Positions 56,049-64,000 of a stretch of 64,000 nt of DNA are shown piece by piece. The position numbers were made by a program, and so were the translations under genes. The number at the start of each line of letters is the position of its first letter. Position 1 is the first letter of the stretch. Source of the stretch: a virus (lineage: Duplodnaviria; Caudoviricetes). The notes below the pieces were generated by a model. The model searched no databases, was not told the origin of the DNA, and was given only the letters and a program-made list of their open reading frames with translations. The stretch lies in IMG/VR virus record IMGVR_UViG_3300021431_004532, positions 5,612-69,611 of that record; one strand, written 5' to 3'.

Positions 56049-56536
56049 TTATGAAAAGTTATATGCGATGTGCTTTTGAGTGTATATCCCTGATTGCACT
56101 AAGTATTGTAATGCTGGGTGCGTTCGGTGCTCTTACGTCATGTTCACGTAAGCAAGTGGAGTTCATCGAGACTATCGACACGCTGATAGTCGAGAAGATA
56201 GACACCGTTCACTCTGAGAAGGGTACCCACCAGTCTGTCAAGGAGAAGCGAGAGAGCACCAGTAACAGGTTTGTGGTGGTCACGGTGGCTGGTGATACGG
56301 TTAAGGACTATCGTACCGAGTATGTCTATGTAGAGAAAGACAGTACTCTGGTAGATAGTCTGGCGAAGTATAAGGCTATGTGTAACAACCTGAAGAAGAG
56401 TAAGAGCAACCAGAATTACACAGAGGTGCAAAAGCCACCTTCGGCAAAAGAAAAGTTAATAACTATATGCATAGGTTTCGTATTAGGTGTAGGAGCCACA
56501 TTATTACTAACAACTAAATGGAGGAAAATATCATGA
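56045..56536 (+). CDS. Spanin-like membrane lipoprotein
   Basis: N-terminal signal with LTSC lipobox and C-terminal TM helix; lysis region. Confidence 0.5.
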   Translation: MIMKSYMRCAFECISLIALSIVMLGAFGALTSCSRKQVEFIETIDTLIVEKIDTVHSEKGTHQSVKEKRESTSNRFVVVTVAGDTVKDYRTEYVYVEKDSTLVDSLAKYKAMCNNLKKSKSNQNYTEVQKPPSAKEKLITICIGFVLGVGATLLLTTKWRKIS

Positions 56537-56802
56537 CAAGAGAAGTAAAAGGAATCTTAGGATTTGTAGCTCTTACTATAGCAGCTATCACGTTGCTATG
56601 TCTGTTTTTCGGTTTTTCTGTTGTTCCCATAGCAGCAGGAGGAGTATCAGTGTTCATCTTTATGGTTCTGCGAGAAGTCTGGCAATACAAGACCAAGCAG
56701 ACTGTCAGGTTTGAGTACGAAGATGTGACAGAATACGGCATCGTTATTGCAATAGCCACAGCAGTATATATCATCTGTACTGCTATATTCAAGGAATTAT
56801 AG
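56518..56802 (+). CDS. Small membrane protein
   Basis: Three hydrophobic segments. Confidence 0.5.
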   Translation: MEENIMTREVKGILGFVALTIAAITLLCLFFGFSVVPIAAGGVSVFIFMVLREVWQYKTKQTVRFEYEDVTEYGIVIAIATAVYIICTAIFKEL

Positions 56803-56819
56803 CAACAAGGAGAAGCACT

Positions 56820-57293
56820 ATGGTCGAGCAGGTTAAATCTATGATAGTCGGTATTATAATTGCCGTTATAGCATATCTGGAACCGATACAAGGTGAGTTG
56901 CGGAGTCTGTTCATGATATTCTTCATGAATTTCCTGTTTGGATACCTCAGTGGCATGGTTGCCAACGGAGAGGAATGGAACAACAAGAAGGCTCTGCGAT
57001 GTGTGGGAGAAGCCACAGTATTCTGTGTCCTCTGTACTGCAATATATGCAATAGGCAGGTTCAAAGGTCAGATGTCTGGGGCTGTTCAATGTGTAAGTTT
57101 TGTCACGTATGTAGTGATATACTTCTACGGACTGAACATTTTGAAAAATTGTAAGAAGATTTTTAGGGAAGGTACTGCACCATGGCATGTGGTCTCAATG
57201 CTCTACTATGTACTGAGACTGAAATTTGTTGAAAAGGTGCCACTCCTTTCGGACTATCTTAATACGATAGAAAAGAAACATGATGAATCATGA
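56820..57293 (+). CDS. Holin
   Basis: Multiple TM helices; YGLNILKNC; charged C-tail; upstream of endolysin. Confidence 0.7.
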   Translation: MVEQVKSMIVGIIIAVIAYLEPIQGELRSLFMIFFMNFLFGYLSGMVANGEEWNNKKALRCVGEATVFCVLCTAIYAIGRFKGQMSGAVQCVSFVTYVVIYFYGLNILKNCKKIFREGTAPWHVVSMLYYVLRLKFVEKVPLLSDYLNTIEKKHDES

Positions 57294-57444
57294 TTTAGGT
57301 TTTAGTTATTTAGGTTAGAAACTCCCCGTCATGGTTCGAGACGAATAGTGACGGTTTTGTAAATTACCTGCAAATAAAAAGGAGTTGATTTTCAGCCTTT
57401 TATGTTTTTAGCGGATTTACTCTGCAAATAAAAAGCAACGAAGA

Positions 57445-58095
57445 ATGAATATGATAACGAAAGAAATATTAAAGGCAATAATGCCAAATGTAGAAACGAA
57501 TATCAAGGCTAACCCCAACTTCAAGGGTTATGACCTTGACAGAATTGTGGGCTACCTAAACAAGTATGCCGAAGAGTTCGCTATCACTACCCCACTGCGT
57601 CAGGCACACTATCTTGCACAGATAGCGCACGAATGCGGAGAGTTCAGGTACACGGAAGAAAACCTCAACTATTCGGCAGAGGGATTGTTAAAGGTCTTTT
57701 CGAAGTATTTCAACAAATCAAACGTGGCTTCGTATGCTCGCAATCCAAAGAAGATAGCAAGCAGGGCGTATGCTAACCGTATGGGCAACGGCAATGAGTT
57801 AAGCGGTGACGGGTGGAAATATCGAGGAAGAGGTGTTATCCAACTCACAGGCAAAGACAACTATTCAGCATACAAGAAATACTGCGGATTTGACGTTGTG
57901 GCACAGCCTGACCTCATAGCACAGCCCGTGGGAGCTATCAGGAGTTCTATGTGGTTCTGGCGACTGAACGGATTGAATGTCCTTTCAGACAAGGGAGAGT
58001 TTGTCATGATTACCAAGCGAATCAATAAGGCGATGCTCAATATAGATGACAGACGCAAATACCTGCTGAGAGCCAAGAAAGCACTAGGATGTTGA
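57445..58095 (+). CDS. Glycoside hydrolase family 19 endolysin
   Basis: YLAQIAHECG, EENLNYS, GDGWKYRGRGVIQLTGKDNY, ITKRIN. Confidence 0.92.
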   Translation: MNMITKEILKAIMPNVETNIKANPNFKGYDLDRIVGYLNKYAEEFAITTPLRQAHYLAQIAHECGEFRYTEENLNYSAEGLLKVFSKYFNKSNVASYARNPKKIASRAYANRMGNGNELSGDGWKYRGRGVIQLTGKDNYSAYKKYCGFDVVAQPDLIAQPVGAIRSSMWFWRLNGLNVLSDKGEFVMITKRINKAMLNIDDRRKYLLRAKKALGC

Positions 58096-58113
58096 AATGA
58101 ACTGAAAAAAACG

Positions 58114-58173
58114 GGTCAACAGATAGGTCAACAAACAGGTCAACAGATAGGTCAACAGATAGGTCAACATATA
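58114..58173 (+). repeat. Five tandem 12-bp repeats GGTCAACA(G/A/T)A(T/C)A; second iteron array
   Basis: Intergenic; same consensus, copy number and trailing ATATAAGAA as 9099-9158. Confidence 0.85.
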
Positions 58174-58266
58174 AGAAGATATAAGAATATATATATATTA
58201 TTAAGGGCATGACAAAAAATGTCAGCCCTTTTTTGGTTCTTCTCATTTTCTGCCGTTTTGAAAAAG

Positions 58267-58394
58267 AAAAGTTAAATAATTGGAAATTAAGCAGTTAGCG
58301 AACATCTTTTATGGAAAAACCCTTGCAAAATTGTAAAAAAATGACTAACTTTACACTATAAATTAAGAAACACCCAAAAAAGGAAAGAGCAATG
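58267..58394 (+). promoter_or_regulatory. Class B promoter module copy 4
   Basis: AAAAGTTAAA 58267, TAACTTTACACTATAA 58346, AAGAGCAATG 58385. Confidence 0.75.
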
Positions 58395-58736
58395 AAGAAG
58401 TTTAAGATTTATCAGGTTGATAGCACCTCAAAGGAAGGTGGCTACATCAAGTTCATGAATTTGGATTTCGTTAAGGAGAATGGACTTTGTACAATGGCTG
58501 GCGACACCTGTAAGATAGACAGCGCCCTCTACAAGAAAGTGTATGAAGGAAAGATTACCACTTCTCCTGACGAGTCAGATGAATTCAAGTTGGAACTGTT
58601 ATACAAGAAGTTTCAGGGTACGAAGCCTGCAGGCTACACTGGTCACAGTCTGTCAGTATCAGACGTAGTGGTATTAGGTGAAAAAGCCTACTATGTTGAC
58701 AGCTTCGGATTTGAAGAGATAGTTTTTGAAGTTTAA
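58392..58736 (+). CDS. YodL-like domain protein
   Basis: FKIYQV...YKKVYEG...GHSLSVSDVVVL...YYVDSFGF. Confidence 0.8.
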   Translation: MKKFKIYQVDSTSKEGGYIKFMNLDFVKENGLCTMAGDTCKIDSALYKKVYEGKITTSPDESDEFKLELLYKKFQGTKPAGYTGHSLSVSDVVVLGEKAYYVDSFGFEEIVFEV

Positions 58737-58755
58737 CCTATAAATTGTAAGAGCA

Positions 58756-59259
58756 ATGAACATTGAAAGATTAAAGAAAGCGGTTGAAGAACTCGAGACG
58801 TTAATTGAGGAAATGCAAGATGAATGCTCCCAATTCAGGGAGAAGAAGAGTGACTGGTATGATTTCCAGTTATGCAGGCGGAATAGCGGACTGCAAACCA
58901 GAGAGCAGTTTGACAAGGAAGTGTTTGATAAGTATCAGGAGATAGACACGTTATTCGATGATGATCTGTTCTCTCTGCAACGTGGAATACTCAATCTGGA
59001 GACAAGGTATCGTGAGTTTGACAATGTGAGCAAGAGACTTGACAAGATAGTGGAAGATTCGGACAAGAATATTCCTGAGGGTTGGAAACTGTGGAAGGTG
59101 ACCTTCAACGACAGCGACTATACTAGTCTTGATAGCAGGACTGTTTATGGTCCCAATGAGGAATATGCTAAGAATCGGATTCTTGCCATTCAGAAGAGAG
59201 ATTACAATGAGATTAACGTAACTAAAGTGGAGGAGGTTGTCAATGGCAAACTGTTGTGA
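58756..59259 (+). CDS. Accessory island 4 hypothetical protein
   Basis: Starts at AAGAGCAATG. Confidence 0.6.
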   Translation: MNIERLKKAVEELETLIEEMQDECSQFREKKSDWYDFQLCRRNSGLQTREQFDKEVFDKYQEIDTLFDDDLFSLQRGILNLETRYREFDNVSKRLDKIVEDSDKNIPEGWKLWKVTFNDSDYTSLDSRTVYGPNEEYAKNRILAIQKRDYNEINVTKVEEVVNGKLL

Positions 59260-59380
59260 GAATTGTAGATATTGTAAGTGTATGGGTTACCATTACTACG
59301 AATGCACGAATAGGAGAAGTGAGAATTATGGTATCAGCCTCTATAGAGGCAAGAGTTGTAACTATTTTGAGGAGGAGTAA
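59243..59380 (+). CDS. Small Cys-rich protein (45 aa)
   Basis: Manual translation MANCCENCRYCKC...ECTN...SCNYFEEE. Confidence 0.5.
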   Translation: MANCCENCRYCKCMGYHYYECTNRRSENYGISLYRGKSCNYFEEE

Positions 59381-59381
59381 T

Positions 59382-59633
59382 ATGAGACATCTGAACACGT
59401 ATTATGCTGTATGTAATGAGAAAGGCAGGTTTCTCAAATACAGGAAATCGTACGGAAGATATGAATGGGTAAAGAATTTCATGAGTGCCAACGTGGGTAC
59501 AAGGCGTCAATGTATGTCTTGGCTCAGAGATATGGCTAATTCCCCTTACTATCTGGGGGCAGAATTGAAGAAGATTGGTCAAGGCAGAAGTGCCTGGCAG
59601 GTCAAGTTATCAGCATTAAAAGTAGGTCTATGA
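59382..59633 (+). CDS. Hypothetical protein
   Basis: Likely start MRHLNTYY. Confidence 0.5.
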   Translation: MRHLNTYYAVCNEKGRFLKYRKSYGRYEWVKNFMSANVGTRRQCMSWLRDMANSPYYLGAELKKIGQGRSAWQVKLSALKVGL

Positions 59634-59842
59634 TGTACTATAAGGTAAAAGCGGAGTGTGACAACCTCCCACGCAAAGACGGCTCTATTCTAGTAAAGAA
59701 CGAGTTGTACACGGAGAGAGAGCTGAAGAGATATGAGATACCAGCGCAATGTGTCGTAAAGGTATCGGTAAAGAAAAGTGAAATCTACTGGCTGTTCGGA
59801 GCTCGCTTTGGCTCTGACGGCTACAACGGAAAAGAGAAATGA
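59630..59842 (+). CDS. Hypothetical protein
   Basis: ATGA overlap. Confidence 0.5.
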   Translation: MMYYKVKAECDNLPRKDGSILVKNELYTERELKRYEIPAQCVVKVSVKKSEIYWLFGARFGSDGYNGKEK

Positions 59843-59843
59843 T

Positions 59844-59993
59844 ATGGCATGGTCAGCAACAAAGTATCAGGGCAAATGGGCATTATTCTCTGACGTTTGC
59901 CGATGTTATTTCCTCATGGAGGGAGGACAGAGAGAGTGTGAGAGAAGAGCAAAAGTGTTGAACGAAGAAGACAAGAACTATGGAAAGAATTGA
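59844..59993 (+). CDS. Small hypothetical protein
   Basis: Likely start MAWSATKY. Confidence 0.45.
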   Translation: MAWSATKYQGKWALFSDVCRCYFLMEGGQRECERRAKVLNEEDKNYGKN

Positions 59994-60336
59994 TTTTTAC
60001 GAGAAGAAGAAAGCCCTTCATCTGGAAATGATGAAAGAGATAGCAAACCTATTTGAAGCGGCAGGAATTGACGAAATGATTTTCTGCAACGAAGACGAGT
60101 ATTTGCATGTAGCCTATCTCTTGTATTGTCCTGACGGAGCAGAAAGCATACAGGAGCAGAGAGTCAAAAGGGTTAGATGTAATGAAGGACTAATCGAGGT
60201 AGTTTTGGAGGAAGAACGTGAAGATAAGTGGATTTCCTGTCAGCATGGCGGAGACATCATGACGGACTCCCTTGACAGTCTGTATGATGCAGTATTCGAC
60301 GCAGTTGATGAACTATTCAGCAAGCAGGTAAGATAG
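59980..60336 (+). CDS. Acidic hypothetical protein
   Basis: 118-aa ORF. Confidence 0.5.
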   Translation: MERIDFYEKKKALHLEMMKEIANLFEAAGIDEMIFCNEDEYLHVAYLLYCPDGAESIQEQRVKRVRCNEGLIEVVLEEEREDKWISCQHGGDIMTDSLDSLYDAVFDAVDELFSKQVR

Positions 60337-60337
60337 T

Positions 60338-60474
60338 AAAAGTTAAACTATCTGAATACCAGACTGTTGCAAGCAAATTAGGAGTGAAAACGCTTGTCTA
60401 TTTGCTAAAAAATGAGTACCTTTACAATAGATTTAAGGAACATCATTATTAACCTATTTAAGAACAGAGCAATG
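60338..60474 (+). promoter_or_regulatory. Class B promoter module copy 5
   Basis: AAAAGTTAAA 60338, TACCTTTACA 60417, AGAGCAATG 60466. Confidence 0.7.
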
Positions 60475-60999
60475 AGTAAGAAACAAGAAAACGAGATTTT
60501 GAAGTCAAAGACAGTTCACTCAAGGAGTGGAGAGAGTTACGAAATCAGTCTGTCACAAGAGCAGATGAACGACCTCAGAAAAGGAGCTGAAATATGCAAA
60601 CTGAATGGTCATGATTTCAGGTATTTCCTCGAGGACTATGTGCCAATAGTGATAAAGCATAACTGGCCTGAAATGGCTGCTGTCGCTTTCAATGACGTAC
60701 ACCCAGAACTGAAGGTAGGAATGGGTGCCACGATGAACCTCTATTCAGACAGGAGGGCAATGACCATAGTGAAGATTGTCAGTCCGACAGAGATAGTAGT
60801 TGCCGAGAACAAGACCAAGTGCCTTGATTACTATGCTGGAGAATACGAAGTCCTGCCAGACCTTGCAGAATACATGAGGCAGAGCACCTTTACGCTGAGA
60901 AAGGGAGGTACATGGGTAGAGAAAGGTCAGCCTAAGAAGTATGGCAGTGTCACACTCTCTGTGGGATTCCAGCGTCATTACATAGACCCAAGTTTTTAA
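60472..60999 (+). CDS. Accessory island 5 hypothetical protein
   Basis: MSKKQENEIL; C-terminal VGMGAT...YSDRRAMTIVK...GFQRHYIDPSF. Confidence 0.6.
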   Translation: MSKKQENEILKSKTVHSRSGESYEISLSQEQMNDLRKGAEICKLNGHDFRYFLEDYVPIVIKHNWPEMAAVAFNDVHPELKVGMGATMNLYSDRRAMTIVKIVSPTEIVVAENKTKCLDYYAGEYEVLPDLAEYMRQSTFTLRKGGTWVEKGQPKKYGSVTLSVGFQRHYIDPSF

Positions 61000-61017
61000 C
61001 CTATACAAGAAAAAGCG

Positions 61018-61278
61018 ATGAAAGTAGAAAGAACGACATTCGAGTGCGAGGGCATAGAGGTTCCCTGCATCATGGTAACGAGCGACAGCGGATATGCTCA
61101 GGTGCGTATCAGCAAGTGTTATCACCTCGTAGGCTCAGACAGCCTGTACGTTAGGGAAATCCTTGACGGAGAGTTCAACGGAGAGGATGAGTTAACGGGC
61201 GACTTTGACGAATTGACGGACGAGGAAGCTATCCGCATTGCAAGGAAATTTTCGGTTTACATGAACGAAAGTATATGA
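61018..61278 (+). CDS. Hypothetical protein
   Basis: 86-aa ORF. Confidence 0.5.
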   Translation: MKVERTTFECEGIEVPCIMVTSDSGYAQVRISKCYHLVGSDSLYVREILDGEFNGEDELTGDFDELTDEEAIRIARKFSVYMNESI

Positions 61279-61526
61279 ACAAAAACGATAAACCTCTCAC
61301 TACAGGACGCATGGTTGAAGCAGTCATGATATACCGTGGTGTTACTATCAAAGAGTTAGCTGATTCCATTGGCACACACGTAATGAATGCCTACAAGTTG
61401 TTGAACGGCAGACAAACCATTACAAACGAAATGGCAATCAAGATTGGTAAGGCTTTGAATATGCCACCTATCATCATCATGCAAGCGAGGGATTTGGAAG
61501 TATTGAATTTGTTAAACAATAAGTAG
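61275..61526 (+). CDS. HigA-like HTH antitoxin/regulator (orphan)
   Basis: TIKELADSIG...LLNGRQTITNEMAIKIGKAL. Confidence 0.75.
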   Translation: MNKNDKPLTTGRMVEAVMIYRGVTIKELADSIGTHVMNAYKLLNGRQTITNEMAIKIGKALNMPPIIIMQARDLEVLNLLNNK

Positions 61527-61536
61527 TAATGAAGAT

Positions 61537-61914
61537 ATGAAAGCAGAAGAATTTTTGATTAACAATGCCATGATTTGCAAATTTGAGAATGGTGGCGGTA
61601 ACGACATGGTAACATTAGACGATGCCAAGCGTGCTCTAGACATCGCTCATAACGATGCAGTCAAGAAGTGGACGTTGTGGTGTTTCAACTACCCCACTCC
61701 ATTTGAGGGAACGATATGCAAGATATGGGGAGGAACGTTGTCCGGATTCGGCGGAAGCTATTATTGCAAGGACAACATGTTCACGCAGCATTTGATTGAG
61801 AAGTGGAAGTCGGCACGGCACAATGATGCCCACATGCTGTATTTCTACTGCGAGCTTGACAGCAAGCTAAGGAAGCAGTTGGTTGATTGGGTAATGGAGA
61901 ATTACGAAGGGTAG
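61537..61914 (+). CDS. Hypothetical protein
   Basis: 125-aa ORF. Confidence 0.5.
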   Translation: MKAEEFLINNAMICKFENGGGNDMVTLDDAKRALDIAHNDAVKKWTLWCFNYPTPFEGTICKIWGGTLSGFGGSYYCKDNMFTQHLIEKWKSARHNDAHMLYFYCELDSKLRKQLVDWVMENYEG

Positions 61915-61915
61915 T

Positions 61916-62191
61916 ATGCAGTTCGGTATAAACTGGAATGACGGTTACGAGGTGACTGTACTGATGGTCGGAAAGCATGGGTTCTTGAGACACTTTCCTT
62001 TGCGGAACTTTGGAGAGCATCAAGGTGATGCGAGAATCTTCAAAGAGGTTGATTGTCCCAAGTTGACGGATGCACAGATTCGCATGCTGATTAAGAACTA
62101 TGACCCGAAAGTGAAGTACAAGCGTATAAGTGGTAAGAGGTTTGTCAGAGAGAAGGTCACGGAAAACGTATATACAGACCATGAAGGCTGA
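61916..62191 (+). CDS. Hypothetical protein
   Basis: 91-aa ORF. Confidence 0.5.
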   Translation: MQFGINWNDGYEVTVLMVGKHGFLRHFPLRNFGEHQGDARIFKEVDCPKLTDAQIRMLIKNYDPKVKYKRISGKRFVREKVTENVYTDHEG

Positions 62192-62201
62192 CGTATAACA
62201 C

Positions 62202-62789
62202 ATGTATATGGGGAGACGAAAGATGAAAAAGTATCAGTATCTAAAAAATCTTTGCAATAAGATAAAGAGTGACAAATTTGACGAAATGAAGTATCGCAGC
62301 CAGAAGAGTTACTATGGCAGCTTGATTTTCACTGAGCCAGTGTTTGTGAGTTACGGAAAGATAGGCTACACCGTTCGCATTTGGTGGGAGGGTGACATGC
62401 ACGAGCAGACGGAGGTTAAGTATGACTATGATCTTGGCAAACTGACTATTGACGACAGACCTTACCAGCACGCAATAAATCTCGCCTACCTCGAGGAAGA
62501 AGATATTAACCTGATTTCTGAGGAGGTATGGAAAGATAAACCATACAGCGTAGAATTGGAATGTTATACCGATGCTGGCGGTGATATGATTATAGACCTT
62601 GAGGAACCAACAAAAAAGGAACTGGAGAACTATGCCGACAACTTCGATATTAACGAGGAGGTTGTTATTTGGTGGCCTAACGGACAGCCTGGCAATGGAG
62701 TGCCCTTCTCAAATGTCAAAGAGCATTACGAGGACCTAGAGGATTACGTGAAGAGAATAAAGGTTGTTGCTAAGAATATGCCGTATTAG
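62202..62789 (+). CDS. Hypothetical protein
   Basis: 195-aa ORF whose stop overlaps the integrase stop. Confidence 0.5.
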   Translation: MYMGRRKMKKYQYLKNLCNKIKSDKFDEMKYRSQKSYYGSLIFTEPVFVSYGKIGYTVRIWWEGDMHEQTEVKYDYDLGKLTIDDRPYQHAINLAYLEEEDINLISEEVWKDKPYSVELECYTDAGGDMIIDLEEPTKKELENYADNFDINEEVVIWWPNGQPGNGVPFSNVKEHYEDLEDYVKRIKVVAKNMPY

Positions 62790-64000
62790 ACACCCAGAAC
62801 ATAGTCTATGACCTTTCGGTTCGCCTCGTCAACTTTGTGGAGGTCGGAATTGATATAGATAGCTGTTGTCCTATTGCCATACGAATGACCTAGGGCAGCA
62901 GTTATCGTTTCTCGTGGAATGTTCAACTGGTCAGCTATCGTTGCCCATGTGTGCCTTGCTACATAGATAGACAGGTCAGGGAATGCAGGATGATAGACCA
63001 GTTTTTTCTCTCCGTTTTTGATGATGTGTTCACGTGTGCCTATCTGCTTGAGCGCCCTATTGACAGAACTTGTGAATGTGTGGGCATCTTTGTAACCTTC
63101 TGAGAGAGAAAGAAGATGTTTTGTTCCCTTGTAGCGGTCAATGATTTCCTGTGCCTCTGGCTCTACCTTGATGTCATATAGACGATACGTTTTTGAACGC
63201 TGATACACAATTCTACCATTCTCGACTTTCAGAGCGTCACAGAGGTCAACAAGATTGATTCCTATGAGATAGAAGACCAACTTAAACAGGTCAACGTATT
63301 TCTGCTGGTGTGGAAGAACTGGATAGCAGAAAAGTTCCCTCAGCCTCTCTACGGTGTATGCCCTCTTTGCTGTTTGTACTGGTCTTACCATGAACTTTCG
63401 GAAAGGGTATGCTGTAGTAATGTCATTGTCTATGGCATCATTGAAAACGGCACGTATGTTACGGAAATGTATAGAGCGAGAGTTTTGTGACGGCTCGTAG
63501 TCCATGAGGAATCTGTCGAAACGAGTCAGCCAGTCTTTGTTAATCTGCTCGAACGAAAGCTGTCCTGCCTTTGTGTCGAACTGAAGTATTCTTTTATATG
63601 TTTCGTTGTAGAGGTCTTTGGTGCGTTGTTTTATTCTGGTTTCCATGTACCCCTTGAATCGGCTGATGAAAAGTGCTTTGCTTTCGCTTTCAGGGTCAAG
63701 ACACTCCTGCATCATGTTCTTGATTTGAACAGAAGACATCTTATGAAGTTTGCCTTCTGTCGTCAGTCGCATAAGAAGATTGTCTATCTTCTGCTTCTGC
63801 ATTTGTATGAAAGAGTTCAGTGCTACCTTGTTTGTATTGTCTTTGACCTTGCCGTGCTCTTTGTCCCATTGGCTGGGAAAAATCTTTACGCCCAAAGAGA
63901 TATATGACGCCTTGCCATGCTTTGTGATGCTCACCTTCAGGGGTGCAGGTTCACCACGTTTCACTGCTCTTGTGTCTAAATATAGTTTTGTAGTTGCCAT
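62786..64000 (-). CDS. int: Tyrosine integrase (Bacteroidetes arm-binding + SAM-like + catalytic domains)
   Basis: KLYLDTR...ISLGVKIFPSQWD arm domain; GINLVD, YVARHTWAT, ALGHSYG...TAIYI. Confidence 0.92.
   Translation of the reverse strand: MATTKLYLDTRAVKRGEPAPLKVSITKHGKASYISLGVKIFPSQWDKEHGKVKDNTNKVALNSFIQMQKQKIDNLLMRLTTEGKLHKMSSVQIKNMMQECLDPESESKALFISRFKGYMETRIKQRTKDLYNETYKRILQFDTKAGQLSFEQINKDWLTRFDRFLMDYEPSQNSRSIHFRNIRAVFNDAIDNDITTAYPFRKFMVRPVQTAKRAYTVERLRELFCYPVLPHQQKYVDLFKLVFYLIGINLVDLCDALKVENGRIVYQRSKTYRLYDIKVEPEAQEIIDRYKGTKHLLSLSEGYKDAHTFTSSVNRALKQIGTREHIIKNGEKKLVYHPAFPDLSIYVARHTWATIADQLNIPRETITAALGHSYGNRTTAIYINSDLHKVDEANRKVIDYVLGV

Larger units (their letters stand above)
1..64000. 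mobile_element. Temperate Bacteroidales siphovirus / prophage, near complete
   Basis: Lysogeny switch, replication, packaging, head, tail, lysis and integrase modules all present; att sites not seen. Confidence 0.93.

Noticed and set aside
57325-57360. GGTTCGAG T-loop-like motif after the holin
   Set aside because: No cloverleaf; the CCGTCA/TGACGG hairpin with a T-run is more likely a terminator
57368-57435. 14-bp direct repeat CTGCAAATAAAAAG upstream of the endolysin
   Set aside because: Only two A-rich copies; no supportable function
58114-58173. Possible CRISPR array
   Set aside because: 12-bp head-to-tail repeats with no spacers and no cas genes; better explained as iterons
1-64000. 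Stop-codon reassignment as in some Prevotella phages
   Set aside because: Long structural genes are intact in the standard code and coding density is high
62786-64000. attP/attL/attR site near the integrase
   Set aside because: The integrase stop overlaps a convergent gene and its 5' side is cut by the window edge; I found no core repeat shared with the left end

Overview
The window is an essentially complete ~64 kb temperate, long-tailed (siphovirus-type) phage or prophage of a Bacteroidales host, probably Prevotella-like. The host call rests on TAnnTTTG promoters and a Bacteroidetes-type tyrosine integrase. Gene order: repressor/Cro switch; recombination and replication genes; a PRTRC (E1/E2/ubiquitin-like) cassette; a DUF488-like gene with four degenerate tRNA-like elements; an unusual enzyme cluster (opine dehydrogenase, amidoligase-[MTase-like]-GNAT fusion, ParB, ATP-grasp) running straight into the terminase genes; portal, MuF with a GNAT-like tail, head and tail genes; a CotH-like/LRR giant tail protein; an intact diversity-generating retroelement (VR 53501-53617, TR 53701-53817, RT); lysis genes; and the integrase. 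Five accessory islands are interspersed. Each is headed by the same ~130 bp promoter module, and their lead genes start with (A)AGAGCAATG. Two candidate small RNAs carry the exact antisense of that start motif. Best candidates for undescribed systems: (1) the opine-DH/amidoligase/GNAT/ParB/ATP-grasp cluster, a putative nucleic-acid hypermodification pathway; (2) the antisense-sRNA/start-motif regulon controlling the accessory islands. All protein family calls come from motif recognition by eye, not database searches.
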